Below are positions 9,829-18,957 of a stretch of 60,795 nt of DNA, piece by piece. The translations under genes were made by a program, and so were the position numbers. The notes under the pieces were generated by a model. The model had not been told where the DNA came from. It made no database searches and was given only the letters and a program-made list of their open reading frames with translations. Source of the stretch: Candidatus Odinarchaeota archaeon (GTDB lineage: Archaea > Asgardarchaeota > Lokiarchaeia > Sigyniarchaeales > SOKP01). Position 1 is the first letter of the stretch. Each line of letters opens with the position of its first letter. The stretch spans positions 1-60,795 of the forward strand of contig JBHLPZ010000002.1 of assembly GCA_048885325.1 (NCBI GenBank). Direction: 5' to 3'.

Positions 9829-10656
9829 ATGTCTAAAGAGAGAAAATTCGAACATATTAATGTAGATAAAATAGCCGATGGAAATTATAGTGTAATAGAA
9901 ATAAACCGGCCTGATAAGTTGAATGCTCTCCAAAACCAAACATTAAGAGAGATTACTGAAGCATTAGAAACTATGGAGGTTGATCAAACTATCCGATGTG
10001 TAGTGCTACGTGGAACTAAAAACTATTCAAAGAAACCTGCTTTCTCTGCTGGTGCTGATCTCTCAGATAGAGGAAGTGCTGATCTTGATCCAGATAATTT
10101 AAGGCATCAAAGTCATGCAATGTATAGAAGACATAAATATTATGATTTAATTGAGGCATTTCCAAAACCAATCATAGCTGCTATTGATGGATATGCTTTG
10201 GGCGGAGGTTTTGAATTAGTTTTAGTCTGTGATATATCTATTGCTTCTAAACGCTCAATATTTGGGTTTCCTGAAATTCAACGCGGTATTTTTCCTGCCA
10301 ATGGCGGAACTCAACGATTAATAAGAAATCTTGGTAAAATGAGAGTAAAAAGATTGATGTTTTTTGGTGAACATTATACTGCTGAACAAATGTTTGAATG
10401 GGGTGTTATTTCTTTCATGGTTGATGATGATAAATTTGAAGATTTCATTCATGAGAGGGCATCTTGGTTAGGAAATGCGGCCACAAACAGTTTATTTTTA
10501 ATTAAGAAAAGTATTGACTATGGAACTCAAACACCACTAAATATTGGTTTACAATTTGAACAAATGGGTTATGCAATTAACTCTCGAAGTAAGGATGTAG
10601 CTGAAGGTGTCAATGCATTTTTACAAAAAAGAACACCAATATTTCAAGGTAAATAA
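9829..10656 (+). CDS. enoyl-CoA hydratase/isomerase (crotonase family)
   Basis: 275 aa. Crotonase signatures are NRPDKLNAL, FSAGADL, IAAIDGYALGGGFEL and the C-terminal EGVNAFLQKRTPIFQGK. An AGGTGA SD lies 9 nt upstream of the ATG. Confidence 0.85.
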   Translation: MSKERKFEHINVDKIADGNYSVIEINRPDKLNALQNQTLREITEALETMEVDQTIRCVVLRGTKNYSKKPAFSAGADLSDRGSADLDPDNLRHQSHAMYRRHKYYDLIEAFPKPIIAAIDGYALGGGFELVLVCDISIASKRSIFGFPEIQRGIFPANGGTQRLIRNLGKMRVKRLMFFGEHYTAEQMFEWGVISFMVDDDKFEDFIHERASWLGNAATNSLFLIKKSIDYGTQTPLNIGLQFEQMGYAINSRSKDVAEGVNAFLQKRTPIFQGK

Positions 10657-10669
10657 ACCATAAATTCAC

Positions 10670-10679
10670 TTTTTTTTTT
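10670..10679 (+). terminator. oligo-T tract (T10) after the crotonase gene
   Basis: A T10 run begins 14 nt after the stop at 10656. Confidence 0.4.
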
Positions 10680-10813
10680 ATTATAGAAGATTCATTATTT
10701 TGTATATTAATTCATTTTTCTTATTTAAGATAGTTTAATGACCTCTTCAATAAATTTTAAAATAAATGAAATTTTCTACAATAAAAATATCATAAATTAA
10801 GAGTGAAAATAGA

Positions 10814-12094
10814 ATGAATTTAAAAGAAGTCTGGTTAATTGATTATGTTCGGACAGCTTTTTCACGCTCCAGACCAGAACAACCTATAAGAGATGTTTTT
10901 GGTGATATTCGTGGAGATGAATTGCTTGCTGAATTATTAATGAAATTTTTTGATGGAAAATTAGCTGATAAGGGTATAACTAAAAAAGATATTGAAGAAG
11001 CATCAATAGGGATTGCCTCTGGAGTACTAGAAAATTGGACTTATGGAGGAAAAATTCCTCTCTTTTTATCAGGGTTTCCAAATGAAGTGTCTTCATTTAT
11101 GATTGACAAACAATGCGGTTCAGCAGGAGCTGGGATGCATACATTGATAATGCATATCATGACAGGTAATAGCAAAAGAGTATTAGCGACTGGTTTTGAA
11201 CATATGACAAGAGTTCGAAGAATCGGTATTAACCCTGAGTGGGAACGATTTACCGACAAGAATAGCAAGTTTTATAATCCTGATATTGATATAATGAATT
11301 CGATAAATATGTTACAAACAGCTCAAAGATTATATGAAGAAGAAGTGCCACGGTTTACAAAAGAAGATTTAGATAAATTTGGGGTAAGAAGTCATAATTT
11401 AACTGTTGAAAGTCAAGAAAAAGGGTGGTTTAGAGGCGAAATAATTCCGATTAAAGGTCATGTTGAAGGAAATGCTGATGAGCCAATGATAATTGATAGA
11501 GATATGGCAGCAAGAAAATCTACTTTAGAAGTAGTTGCAGGATTGCGTAGAATATCTACACCATTTTATTTAGAAAAAAATGGTGGAAAAAAGGGATATA
11601 TTGAAAGAGAAGGAACCGAGGAAGGTGTAATTACTGCGGGAAATTCATCTCCTTTAAATGCAGGTGCTACAGCAGCAATTCTTATGGAAGCAGAAGAGGC
11701 AAAAAAAAGAGGATTAGAACCAATGGCAAGAATTGTTTCAATTGGGTGGGCAGCAGTAGATCCAAGAGTTATGGGGCGAGGACCGGTTCCTGCAACTCGA
11801 AAGGCATTAGAATATGCAGGATTACAAGCAGATGATATAGATTACTGGGAAATAAATGAGGCTTTTTGTATAGTTGCATTAAATTGTATGGATAAATTCA
11901 ATATATCTGAAGAGAAAGTCAATGTAATGGGTGGTTCCACCGCAATTGGACACCCATTAGGATCAACAGCGATTCGTCTTACGGGAACTCTAGCACGCAT
12001 ATTGAAAGATAAAAAAGCAAAGTATGGGGTAGCTAATGCTTGTGTGGGAGGAGGACAAGGAATAGCAACTGTAATTGAAAATCTAGATGCGTAA
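10814..12094 (+). CDS. acetyl-CoA C-acetyltransferase / thiolase
   Basis: 426 aa. It carries the nucleophile region DKQCGSAGAG, GHPLGSTA, and the C-terminal NACVGGGQG motif. Confidence 0.85.
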   Translation: MNLKEVWLIDYVRTAFSRSRPEQPIRDVFGDIRGDELLAELLMKFFDGKLADKGITKKDIEEASIGIASGVLENWTYGGKIPLFLSGFPNEVSSFMIDKQCGSAGAGMHTLIMHIMTGNSKRVLATGFEHMTRVRRIGINPEWERFTDKNSKFYNPDIDIMNSINMLQTAQRLYEEEVPRFTKEDLDKFGVRSHNLTVESQEKGWFRGEIIPIKGHVEGNADEPMIIDRDMAARKSTLEVVAGLRRISTPFYLEKNGGKKGYIEREGTEEGVITAGNSSPLNAGATAAILMEAEEAKKRGLEPMARIVSIGWAAVDPRVMGRGPVPATRKALEYAGLQADDIDYWEINEAFCIVALNCMDKFNISEEKVNVMGGSTAIGHPLGSTAIRLTGTLARILKDKKAKYGVANACVGGGQGIATVIENLDA

Positions 12095-12173
12095 TTTCAG
12101 ATTTTAAAGAAAATTATTATTTTACAGTATATATTCAAAATAAATTAATTATATAATTAAAGGTGATAAAATA

Positions 12174-13013
12174 TTGTCAGGATTAAATTTTGATGTTATT
12201 GAAAAAAAATTTCCTGAGGTTACTTTTAAATATGATTGGAAAGATGTGGTACTTTATGCTTTAGGGATTGGGGCTCAGATTGACGAATTACAATTTTTAT
12301 ATGAGAACTACTCTGAAGGGTTAAAGGTTTTCCCAAGTTTTGCTTGTATTGCTGGAGGGGCTGGACTCCAACTAAAAAGACTTGGTAAAATTGATTTTTC
12401 ACATTTTGTTCATGGGGAACAATTGATTAAGCTTCACAAACCCTTTTCATCATCAGATGAAATAATATGCAAAACAGAAGTTGAAAATATTTTTGATAAA
12501 GGTAAAGCAGCTGTTATTCATATGAAAGTATCGGGTTACAATAAAGAAATGGAACCCATATTTGATACAAAATGGGTATTTTTTTATCTTGGTGGTGGTG
12601 GATTTGGTGGGGAATCTGGTCCAAAAACTGAACCATTAAACCCTCCTGAAGGAGCTAAAGCTGATTTTAGTATTACATATAAAACTAATGAAAATCAAGC
12701 TGCTTTATATAGGCTTAATGGCGATTTAAACCCTTTACATATAGATCCTGAATTTGCCGGTAGAAGCGGGAGATTTAAGGGACCTATACTACATGGGTTA
12801 TGTACATATGGTTTTGCTACTCGAGCCATAATTTATGGTTTATGCAATGGAGATGTAGGACGCCTTAAAGAATTCAAAGCACGATTTACAAGTGAAGTAT
12901 ATCCTGGAGAAACATTAATTACAGAAGGTTGGAAAGATAATGAACGCTATATAATTCAAGTAAAAACAGAAAGAGCAGTAGTTCTTGGAAATGCCTATAC
13001 TGTAGTAGAATAA
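12174..13013 (+). CDS. MaoC-like (R)-specific enoyl-CoA hydratase, double hot-dog 'hydratase 2' type
   Basis: 279 aa. The hydratase-2 motif is present as YRLNGDLNPLHIDPEFA. An N-terminal degenerate hot-dog is joined to a C-terminal catalytic hot-dog by a Gly-rich linker GGGGFGGESG. TTG start with AGGTGAT upstream (8 nt from the GGTG core to the TTG). Confidence 0.8.
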   Translation: MSGLNFDVIEKKFPEVTFKYDWKDVVLYALGIGAQIDELQFLYENYSEGLKVFPSFACIAGGAGLQLKRLGKIDFSHFVHGEQLIKLHKPFSSSDEIICKTEVENIFDKGKAAVIHMKVSGYNKEMEPIFDTKWVFFYLGGGGFGGESGPKTEPLNPPEGAKADFSITYKTNENQAALYRLNGDLNPLHIDPEFAGRSGRFKGPILHGLCTYGFATRAIIYGLCNGDVGRLKEFKARFTSEVYPGETLITEGWKDNERYIIQVKTERAVVLGNAYTVVE

Positions 13014-13058
13014 CATTTATAGATCAATTTTAAAATAACAAGAAAAAAATTAATTTTT

Positions 13059-14195
13059 TTATTTTATTTTTGGAGGGAGCATTCTTACTATTCTTGGACT
13101 TTCAATAAGAGAGATCGCATTTTCAGGGCAAAAGTATGCACAAACACCACATCCGACACAAAATTCTTCGAATCTTTCTGCTTTATTATCATCATTTAAT
13201 TCAATTGCTTTATTATAACATTTCTCAACACATGTCCCACATCCTATACATAAATTATGATCTATACTGGCTAGGTAATTGGTTGCATTAGCTGTGGGGA
13301 AAATTAAGCTCTCTCTAGCAGTTAAACAACAACAACTACAACAATTACAAATTGCTACTTCCTCTTTTTTAGTATCGCCATGTAAATGATATGCCTTATG
13401 AACTAATCCAGCTTCTTCACACCTCTTCAATATTTTTAATGCTTCTTCCTTGGATATTAAAGTTGAGAAGCCATGATTTGAAGTATGTCTAGCAGACTTG
13501 CCTAGAGTAAAACAACTTGGTGTAAGTTCAATTTGTTTGCACGGATTACCTAAAAACTCATTATGTTGTCTGCAATAACAATAACCTACTGCTATATCAT
13601 CATATTTTTCAATTAATTCTTTAATTCTTTGAGTAGGTAATAGTTTTTCTATAGGAACTTCTAATTCTTTATTTACAATTATATTAAGTTCTTCACCGGT
13701 TTCTTGGTTTTCCAAGATTGGAACAGTTCTATCTGTAGGTGGCAAACCATCTATAGTTGATTTAAAGCTCTCGTAATCTGACTGAACAAGATCTTTTATT
13801 TCTTCATTAAAATTATGAAATAATTTTGCATACTGATTATTTTCCCCTGTTTTATCAAGTTTTTTCATGAAAGTATATTCAAATTGTCTTGCAATTGGAA
13901 GTAATCGATAAACCATAATGCCTTTGCTACTTGGTTGATTAAATAATACACCTTTCTTCGCAAGAGTATCAGCCTTTTTTAAAATTTCTTCCTCAGATAA
14001 TCCACTACTTTCTTTAAGTTGTTCCATTGTCTGTGAAATATTATCCTTGAATGCTATCACGAGATCCAAGTTTTCTTCTTTTATATTGAACTTCAAAATA
14101 TCAAGCATTGTTTTTGTAATTGGATATGGAAATCCTGCTGCTTTATTTATAATATTTGCGGCTTTCCGGTATTCTTCTTCAAAGTCATGTACCAT
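13059..14195 (-). CDS. Cys-rich iron-sulfur protein with a C-terminal 2x[4Fe-4S] ferredoxin domain; function unknown
   Basis: 378 aa. Motifs are YCYCRQH, the cluster CNCCSCCC, then CIGCGTCVEKC and CVGCGVCAYFCP. It lies directly downstream of abfD on the same strand. Confidence 0.6.
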   Translation of the reverse strand: MVHDFEEEYRKAANIINKAAGFPYPITKTMLDILKFNIKEENLDLVIAFKDNISQTMEQLKESSGLSEEEILKKADTLAKKGVLFNQPSSKGIMVYRLLPIARQFEYTFMKKLDKTGENNQYAKLFHNFNEEIKDLVQSDYESFKSTIDGLPPTDRTVPILENQETGEELNIIVNKELEVPIEKLLPTQRIKELIEKYDDIAVGYCYCRQHNEFLGNPCKQIELTPSCFTLGKSARHTSNHGFSTLISKEEALKILKRCEEAGLVHKAYHLHGDTKKEEVAICNCCSCCCLTARESLIFPTANATNYLASIDHNLCIGCGTCVEKCYNKAIELNDDNKAERFEEFCVGCGVCAYFCPENAISLIESPRIVRMLPPKIK

Positions 14196-14391
14196 ATTTA
14201 AAACCTGAAATATTTTTTTTCTTTTGTTTGTTTGTATTTGTTATAGTTGTTAATAAGTATTTTATTAAACATGAATTTAAATTGATTGCGATTCAATTAT
14301 TATTATTTTTAAAAAGCTGAACGTTCTTTTAAGAAAAAAATTGGGTTAGAATAAGAAAGATTGGGTTATTAAAATGAAATTTAAAAAAGAT

Positions 14392-15837
14392 TCATTCAAT
14401 TTCAAGTATCTTTTTTACTAACTTCTTTTTCTCTTCTAAATTCGCTTGTCTAGATATCATAATCCTTTGTGCTTGAGGCGATCCTGCACCATGCATTGAT
14501 TCCGTTCTATAACTAACTGATGCAACACCCATGGTTAGGTTCTCAATAAAGCGCAATACTTTATATCTATCTTCAGCACAAATTGTCTCACATGTAGTCA
14601 AATACTTTTCAATTAATGGTCCTATCTCCTTTGATTTAAGATCAGCTTCAGAAGGCATAGTACAAATAATTCCTCCTGCAAGATCTTCTGCGAGTCTTCC
14701 TATTTCGTAAGGAAATCGTGTGACATTCTGTTTACATACATTTGCCAATAACATATCCATTTCATAATTCCCAGCTTCTCTTTGAAAGCCTAATGAGCTA
14801 CAAGCTATGCCACAACTGTATAAGGTTTCATTTAAGTGTGTCATCTCAACAAGTTTATCCCTTACATGAGATGCTTTTTCAGTTCCATTGTATTCTGAAA
14901 TTAGAGCTGTAGCTCCTATAAGCACATCTCCAACTCCTACTTTACATCCTCCATAAGATTGTCGATGAAATCCTGCAAAACGATTTACTAATTCTCCAGA
15001 GAATTCAATTTCACCTTTCATAAAGATATTATCTCTAGGTACAAAAACATTATCAAACACTACAAAAATTTCTTGTCCACCATACTTAAAATTCCCAATA
15101 TCTAATTTACCTTCTTCAATTTTTCGAGTATCACAGGATTGCCTTCCATATATTAACGTAATTCCCTTTTGATTTGTATCAATACCAAAACTAACGGCAT
15201 ATTCTTCTTCACCAGTCCTTAATGAGAGAGTGGGCATAATTATAGCTCGATGAGAGTTAAGAAATCCTGTCTGATGAACTTTTGCACCCCGTACTATGAT
15301 ACCATCATCATTCTCATCAACAATATGCAGATATGCGTCAGGATCAGGTTGATCTTTAGGTCGTTTACTTCGATCTCCCTTTGTATCTGTCATTGCTCCA
15401 TCTACCATAAGATCTTGCCTTTGAACTTCGATCCAATACTTTTTAAACCTTTCATGATAATTAGTACCATATTTTTTATCCATTTCATATGTTATACTAT
15501 ATAATGCATTTGCAGTATCGAATCCAACACAGCGTTGAAAACAACAAGCGGTATGTTGCCCTAATAATCTTTGCATCTCAACTTTTTTAATTAAATCATC
15601 TGTAGATTGGTGGATATGGGTAAATCGATTTATAGTCTCCCCAGTAAGGTGGGATTTAGCAGTCATCAAATCTTTATACTCTTCCATTTGGGCTAATTCA
15701 TAAATTTTCATTACAGTATTAATTGAGGGTTTTACAATTGGATGATTCCAAAATTCCTCAACTTTTTCGCCAAATAAATATAAATTTACTGGACGTTTTA
15801 TGCTTTCTAAATATTCTTTAGGGGTTTTTAATGGCAT
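14392..15837 (-). CDS. abfD: 4-hydroxybutyryl-CoA dehydratase / vinylacetyl-CoA isomerase family
   Basis: 481 aa, HpaB/AbfD fold. The pattern known as [4Fe-4S] ligands in AbfD is present: C-x3-C in ACCFQRCVG and H-x6-C in HRQSYGGCK. Confidence 0.75.
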   Translation of the reverse strand: MPLKTPKEYLESIKRPVNLYLFGEKVEEFWNHPIVKPSINTVMKIYELAQMEEYKDLMTAKSHLTGETINRFTHIHQSTDDLIKKVEMQRLLGQHTACCFQRCVGFDTANALYSITYEMDKKYGTNYHERFKKYWIEVQRQDLMVDGAMTDTKGDRSKRPKDQPDPDAYLHIVDENDDGIIVRGAKVHQTGFLNSHRAIIMPTLSLRTGEEEYAVSFGIDTNQKGITLIYGRQSCDTRKIEEGKLDIGNFKYGGQEIFVVFDNVFVPRDNIFMKGEIEFSGELVNRFAGFHRQSYGGCKVGVGDVLIGATALISEYNGTEKASHVRDKLVEMTHLNETLYSCGIACSSLGFQREAGNYEMDMLLANVCKQNVTRFPYEIGRLAEDLAGGIICTMPSEADLKSKEIGPLIEKYLTTCETICAEDRYKVLRFIENLTMGVASVSYRTESMHGAGSPQAQRIMISRQANLEEKKKLVKKILEIE

Positions 15838-15970
15838 TTTTACATGAAATTAAAATTTTTAATTTATAATTATTTAATAAAAAATCGATTAGCTATTAAA
15901 AATAACTCTAATAATTGTAAATTATAACTCTCTAAAAATCTCTAAATTTACTTAATAATAGAGTAGGTAT

Positions 15971-17662
15971 TCAATTAAAACTACTATTCTTTTTCTTATA
16001 AGCAATGCATGCATTTATATAATCAGTATAAATGGGAGAAGGTGTATATGGACGGGATTTAAACTCTGGGTGAAATTGTGTACCTACCATCCAGTGATCT
16101 TTCCGATTCAATTCAATACTATTCACTATTTTTCCAGTCTCATCTCTACTTGAAACAACCATCCCTTTTTGTTTTGCTTCTTCTGTTATAAATCTTTCTT
16201 TTATATGAAATCTGTGCCTGAATCGTTCAAATATCTCTTGTTGCTTATAAGCATTAAAAAGTCTAGTGTCAGGATTTATGATAATTTTTTGAGCACCTAG
16301 TCTCATACTACCCCCTTTTTCAGTCACCCCCTTTTGACTTTCTAGCAAATCAACTACTGGATAGGGTGTATTTGGATCTATTTCTGTTGAATTTGCTCCT
16401 TTCAATCCAAGATATTTTCTACAAAAGGCAACATACATCAACTGAGCCCCAAAACATATCCCGAGAAACGGGATTTTCTTTTCCATGGCAACTTCAGCAG
16501 AACTAATCATTCCTTCGACTGCTCTTTCTCCAAAACCAGGAGTCAGTAGAATACCATCACAGTCGTTCAATTCATTTTCAATATCAGTTTCCTCTGTTAT
16601 GTTTATCATTTTAAGTTCAGGCTTATATCCTTGATGAGCTGCAGCGTGTTCTAACGCTTGATTTATAGAAATGTATGAATCAGAAATGTTGAAATATTTC
16701 CCGGGCATTCCAATTTTTATTGTTTTAGTAGCATTCTTATACATCTCAACCATTTTTACCCATTCAGAATAATTTGTAACCTCACTATAAGAGACTAGTT
16801 TTGCTTTTAAATCAATTAGTTCACATATAATATCTCCTAATCCTTGTGCTTCAAATAGAAGAGGTAATTCATAAATAACTTCTAGATCAGGGTTAGAGAT
16901 TACTGCATTTTCAGGAACATTAGAATAGAGTGAAATTTTTCTTCTTATATCATCATCAAGCGGCTTTTCACTCCGACCAATAATAATATCTGGTTGTAAC
17001 CCCATACTTTGAAGCATTTTTACGGAGTGTTGCGTCGGTTTTGATTTTTGTTGTCCTACAGCTCTCGAATAAGGTACGAGGGTTACGTGAACAAATGCTG
17101 TACGTTTAGGATATTCTAATTTAAGTTGCCTAAATGCCTCCAAAAAGATACTTGATTCTAAATCACCGACAGTACCTCCACATTCAATCAATAATACATC
17201 TAATTCTTCGCTTTCAGCAATCTCCATTAATCTCTCTTTTATTATGTCTGTTACATGAGGGATTAATTGAACTGTTTTTCCTAAAAACCTACCCTTTCTT
17301 TCACCTAGAATGGTGGAAAGGTAAATTTGACCAGATGTTATGTTATGAGAAGGATGCATTTCTATGCCAAGAATTCTAGAATAGGTTCCAAAATCTTGAT
17401 CTATCTCCGAAATCCTATAGCTTCTTTCATCTGATTCGAATACTGGCTTAAAATTCCATACATCTTCCGTAATAAAACATTCTCCGTGCTCAATTGGATT
17501 TAGTGTTCCTGGATCTACATTTAAATACGGATCTATTTTAACAACAGAGACTTTAAATCCACGAAATTGAAGAACTTTCCCGATGCTGGCAGTTACTACC
17601 CCCTTCCCAATTCCGGACATGACCCCTCCAGTGCAAAAGCAAAATTTGCAGTTATTACTCAT
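15971..17662 (-). CDS. pyrG: CTP synthase
   Basis: The synthetase domain has FCTGGVMSGIGKG and LIECGGTVGD. The GATase domain has GICFGAQ and FHPEF. I prefer the ATG at 17662 (MSNNCKFCFCTGG) over the track start at 17701. Confidence 0.9.
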   Translation of the reverse strand: MSNNCKFCFCTGGVMSGIGKGVVTASIGKVLQFRGFKVSVVKIDPYLNVDPGTLNPIEHGECFITEDVWNFKPVFESDERSYRISEIDQDFGTYSRILGIEMHPSHNITSGQIYLSTILGERKGRFLGKTVQLIPHVTDIIKERLMEIAESEELDVLLIECGGTVGDLESSIFLEAFRQLKLEYPKRTAFVHVTLVPYSRAVGQQKSKPTQHSVKMLQSMGLQPDIIIGRSEKPLDDDIRRKISLYSNVPENAVISNPDLEVIYELPLLFEAQGLGDIICELIDLKAKLVSYSEVTNYSEWVKMVEMYKNATKTIKIGMPGKYFNISDSYISINQALEHAAAHQGYKPELKMINITEETDIENELNDCDGILLTPGFGERAVEGMISSAEVAMEKKIPFLGICFGAQLMYVAFCRKYLGLKGANSTEIDPNTPYPVVDLLESQKGVTEKGGSMRLGAQKIIINPDTRLFNAYKQQEIFERFRHRFHIKERFITEEAKQKGMVVSSRDETGKIVNSIELNRKDHWMVGTQFHPEFKSRPYTPSPIYTDYINACIAYKKKNSSFN

Positions 17663-17907
17663 TTTCTTAACCTTTAATGTTCTTAAATACCTATTATTCA
17701 ATTTTTCAAAATAAAAATATTAAATATCAAACACATTTAATAAGGATTTCGAGATATTAAAAAATTGCATTATTAATTTTATATTAAAATATAGTTATTT
17801 GCCTTTAAAAACAGGATCTTTATTTTGACTTAAAGCCTTTAATGATTCTCGAAAATCATGCAATATATAACATCTTGAATGTCCTCAACGTTCATTTTTA
17901 TGACTCT

Positions 17908-18807
17908 TTATTTATATTTATCAATATCTATTCCATATTTTAAAAAGTGCCTTCTAGTATTCTCTTCATTATTTTTATTGAGATCTTTCAGAAATTCTTC
18001 AAACTGGGGTTGGTTAGTTCCTTTTAAAGCCAACACACTTAATACTGCTTTACTATCATATATATAAAGTTGGTTATTTTTAATTCCTTTGATATATTTA
18101 TTGACAGCTCGATGAGGGAGGATTGCTTTACTATGCATTTCTTTCATGAGTGCTTTAGAAATTTCTCTTAATTTCTCCTCAGAAACATCATCAATAAGTT
18201 TTTGAGAATATTTAATTTTGCAACTCTCAAAAATGTTAGTTCGGACATATAAGGGTAAAATAACAGATACAGTTATTCCATAACTGTTTAGTTGTCCAAA
18301 TAACGCTTCCGATAATCCCACAACTGCAAATTTAGATGCAACATAGGGAAGCGGTTCTGTGGCTCCAATCACTCCTGCTGCAGAAGCAACGTTAACAATA
18401 TGACCATCACCACGATTAACCATTTTTGGGAGAAATACATTTAAAGAATGGATAATACTCCATAAATTAACGTCTAATAAATCTTTCCAATCATCTAATG
18501 TGATTTCAAAAATACTCCCTCCTATAACGATTCCAGCATTATTAATTAAAAGATCTAATTCTCCTAATTTCGAATCAAATTTTTCAGCTGTGATTTGAAA
18601 ATCTTCAACTTTCGTAACATCACATTTAGTAGAATAAACTTGGGCTCCAATGCTTTCTACTTCTTTTTTCACCTTTTCGAGGTTCTCCATGTCACTATCA
18701 GTGATAAACAAATTCATGCCTTCTTGTGCCAATCCTAATGCGAAAGCCTTTCCTAACCCATTAGCGGCACCAGTTATTAGACAATTTTTATTTTTTAAAT
18801 CTTTCAT
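17908..18807 (-). CDS. short-chain dehydrogenase/reductase (SDR)
   Basis: 299 aa. It has the TGAANGLGKA cofactor motif, NNAG, and a catalytic YVASK (YxxxK). Confidence 0.8.
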   Translation of the reverse strand: MKDLKNKNCLITGAANGLGKAFALGLAQEGMNLFITDSDMENLEKVKKEVESIGAQVYSTKCDVTKVEDFQITAEKFDSKLGELDLLINNAGIVIGGSIFEITLDDWKDLLDVNLWSIIHSLNVFLPKMVNRGDGHIVNVASAAGVIGATEPLPYVASKFAVVGLSEALFGQLNSYGITVSVILPLYVRTNIFESCKIKYSQKLIDDVSEEKLREISKALMKEMHSKAILPHRAVNKYIKGIKNNQLYIYDSKAVLSVLALKGTNQPQFEEFLKDLNKNNEENTRRHFLKYGIDIDKYK

Positions 18808-18957
18808 TTAAGTCCCAATTTAGATAGTTTCATTAGCGAATTTTCTAATTTAATATTATATAGAGTTTAATTTTGGATTTTATAATACTTTCTAATAGAG
18901 TAAAATTCGGAATTTTATCAAAAATGAAAATAAAAAGAATTGAAGGATAAGTTAAAG

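Noticed and set aside
15971-17701. pyrG is somewhat long and has an extra segment (VWNFKPVFESDERSYRIS) in the synthetase domain. I considered an intein or mobile insertion.
   Set aside because: The insertion is only about 12-15 aa with no intein blocks. It is most likely a lineage-specific loop.
17795-17866. Minus-strand frame DFRESLKALSQNKDPVFKGK* between the SDR gene and pyrG, resembling the C-terminal tail of crotonase-family enzymes. It might be a gene relic.
   Set aside because: Only about 20 residues, bounded by a stop just upstream, with no further homology visible. This is too short to support a pseudogene call without a search.
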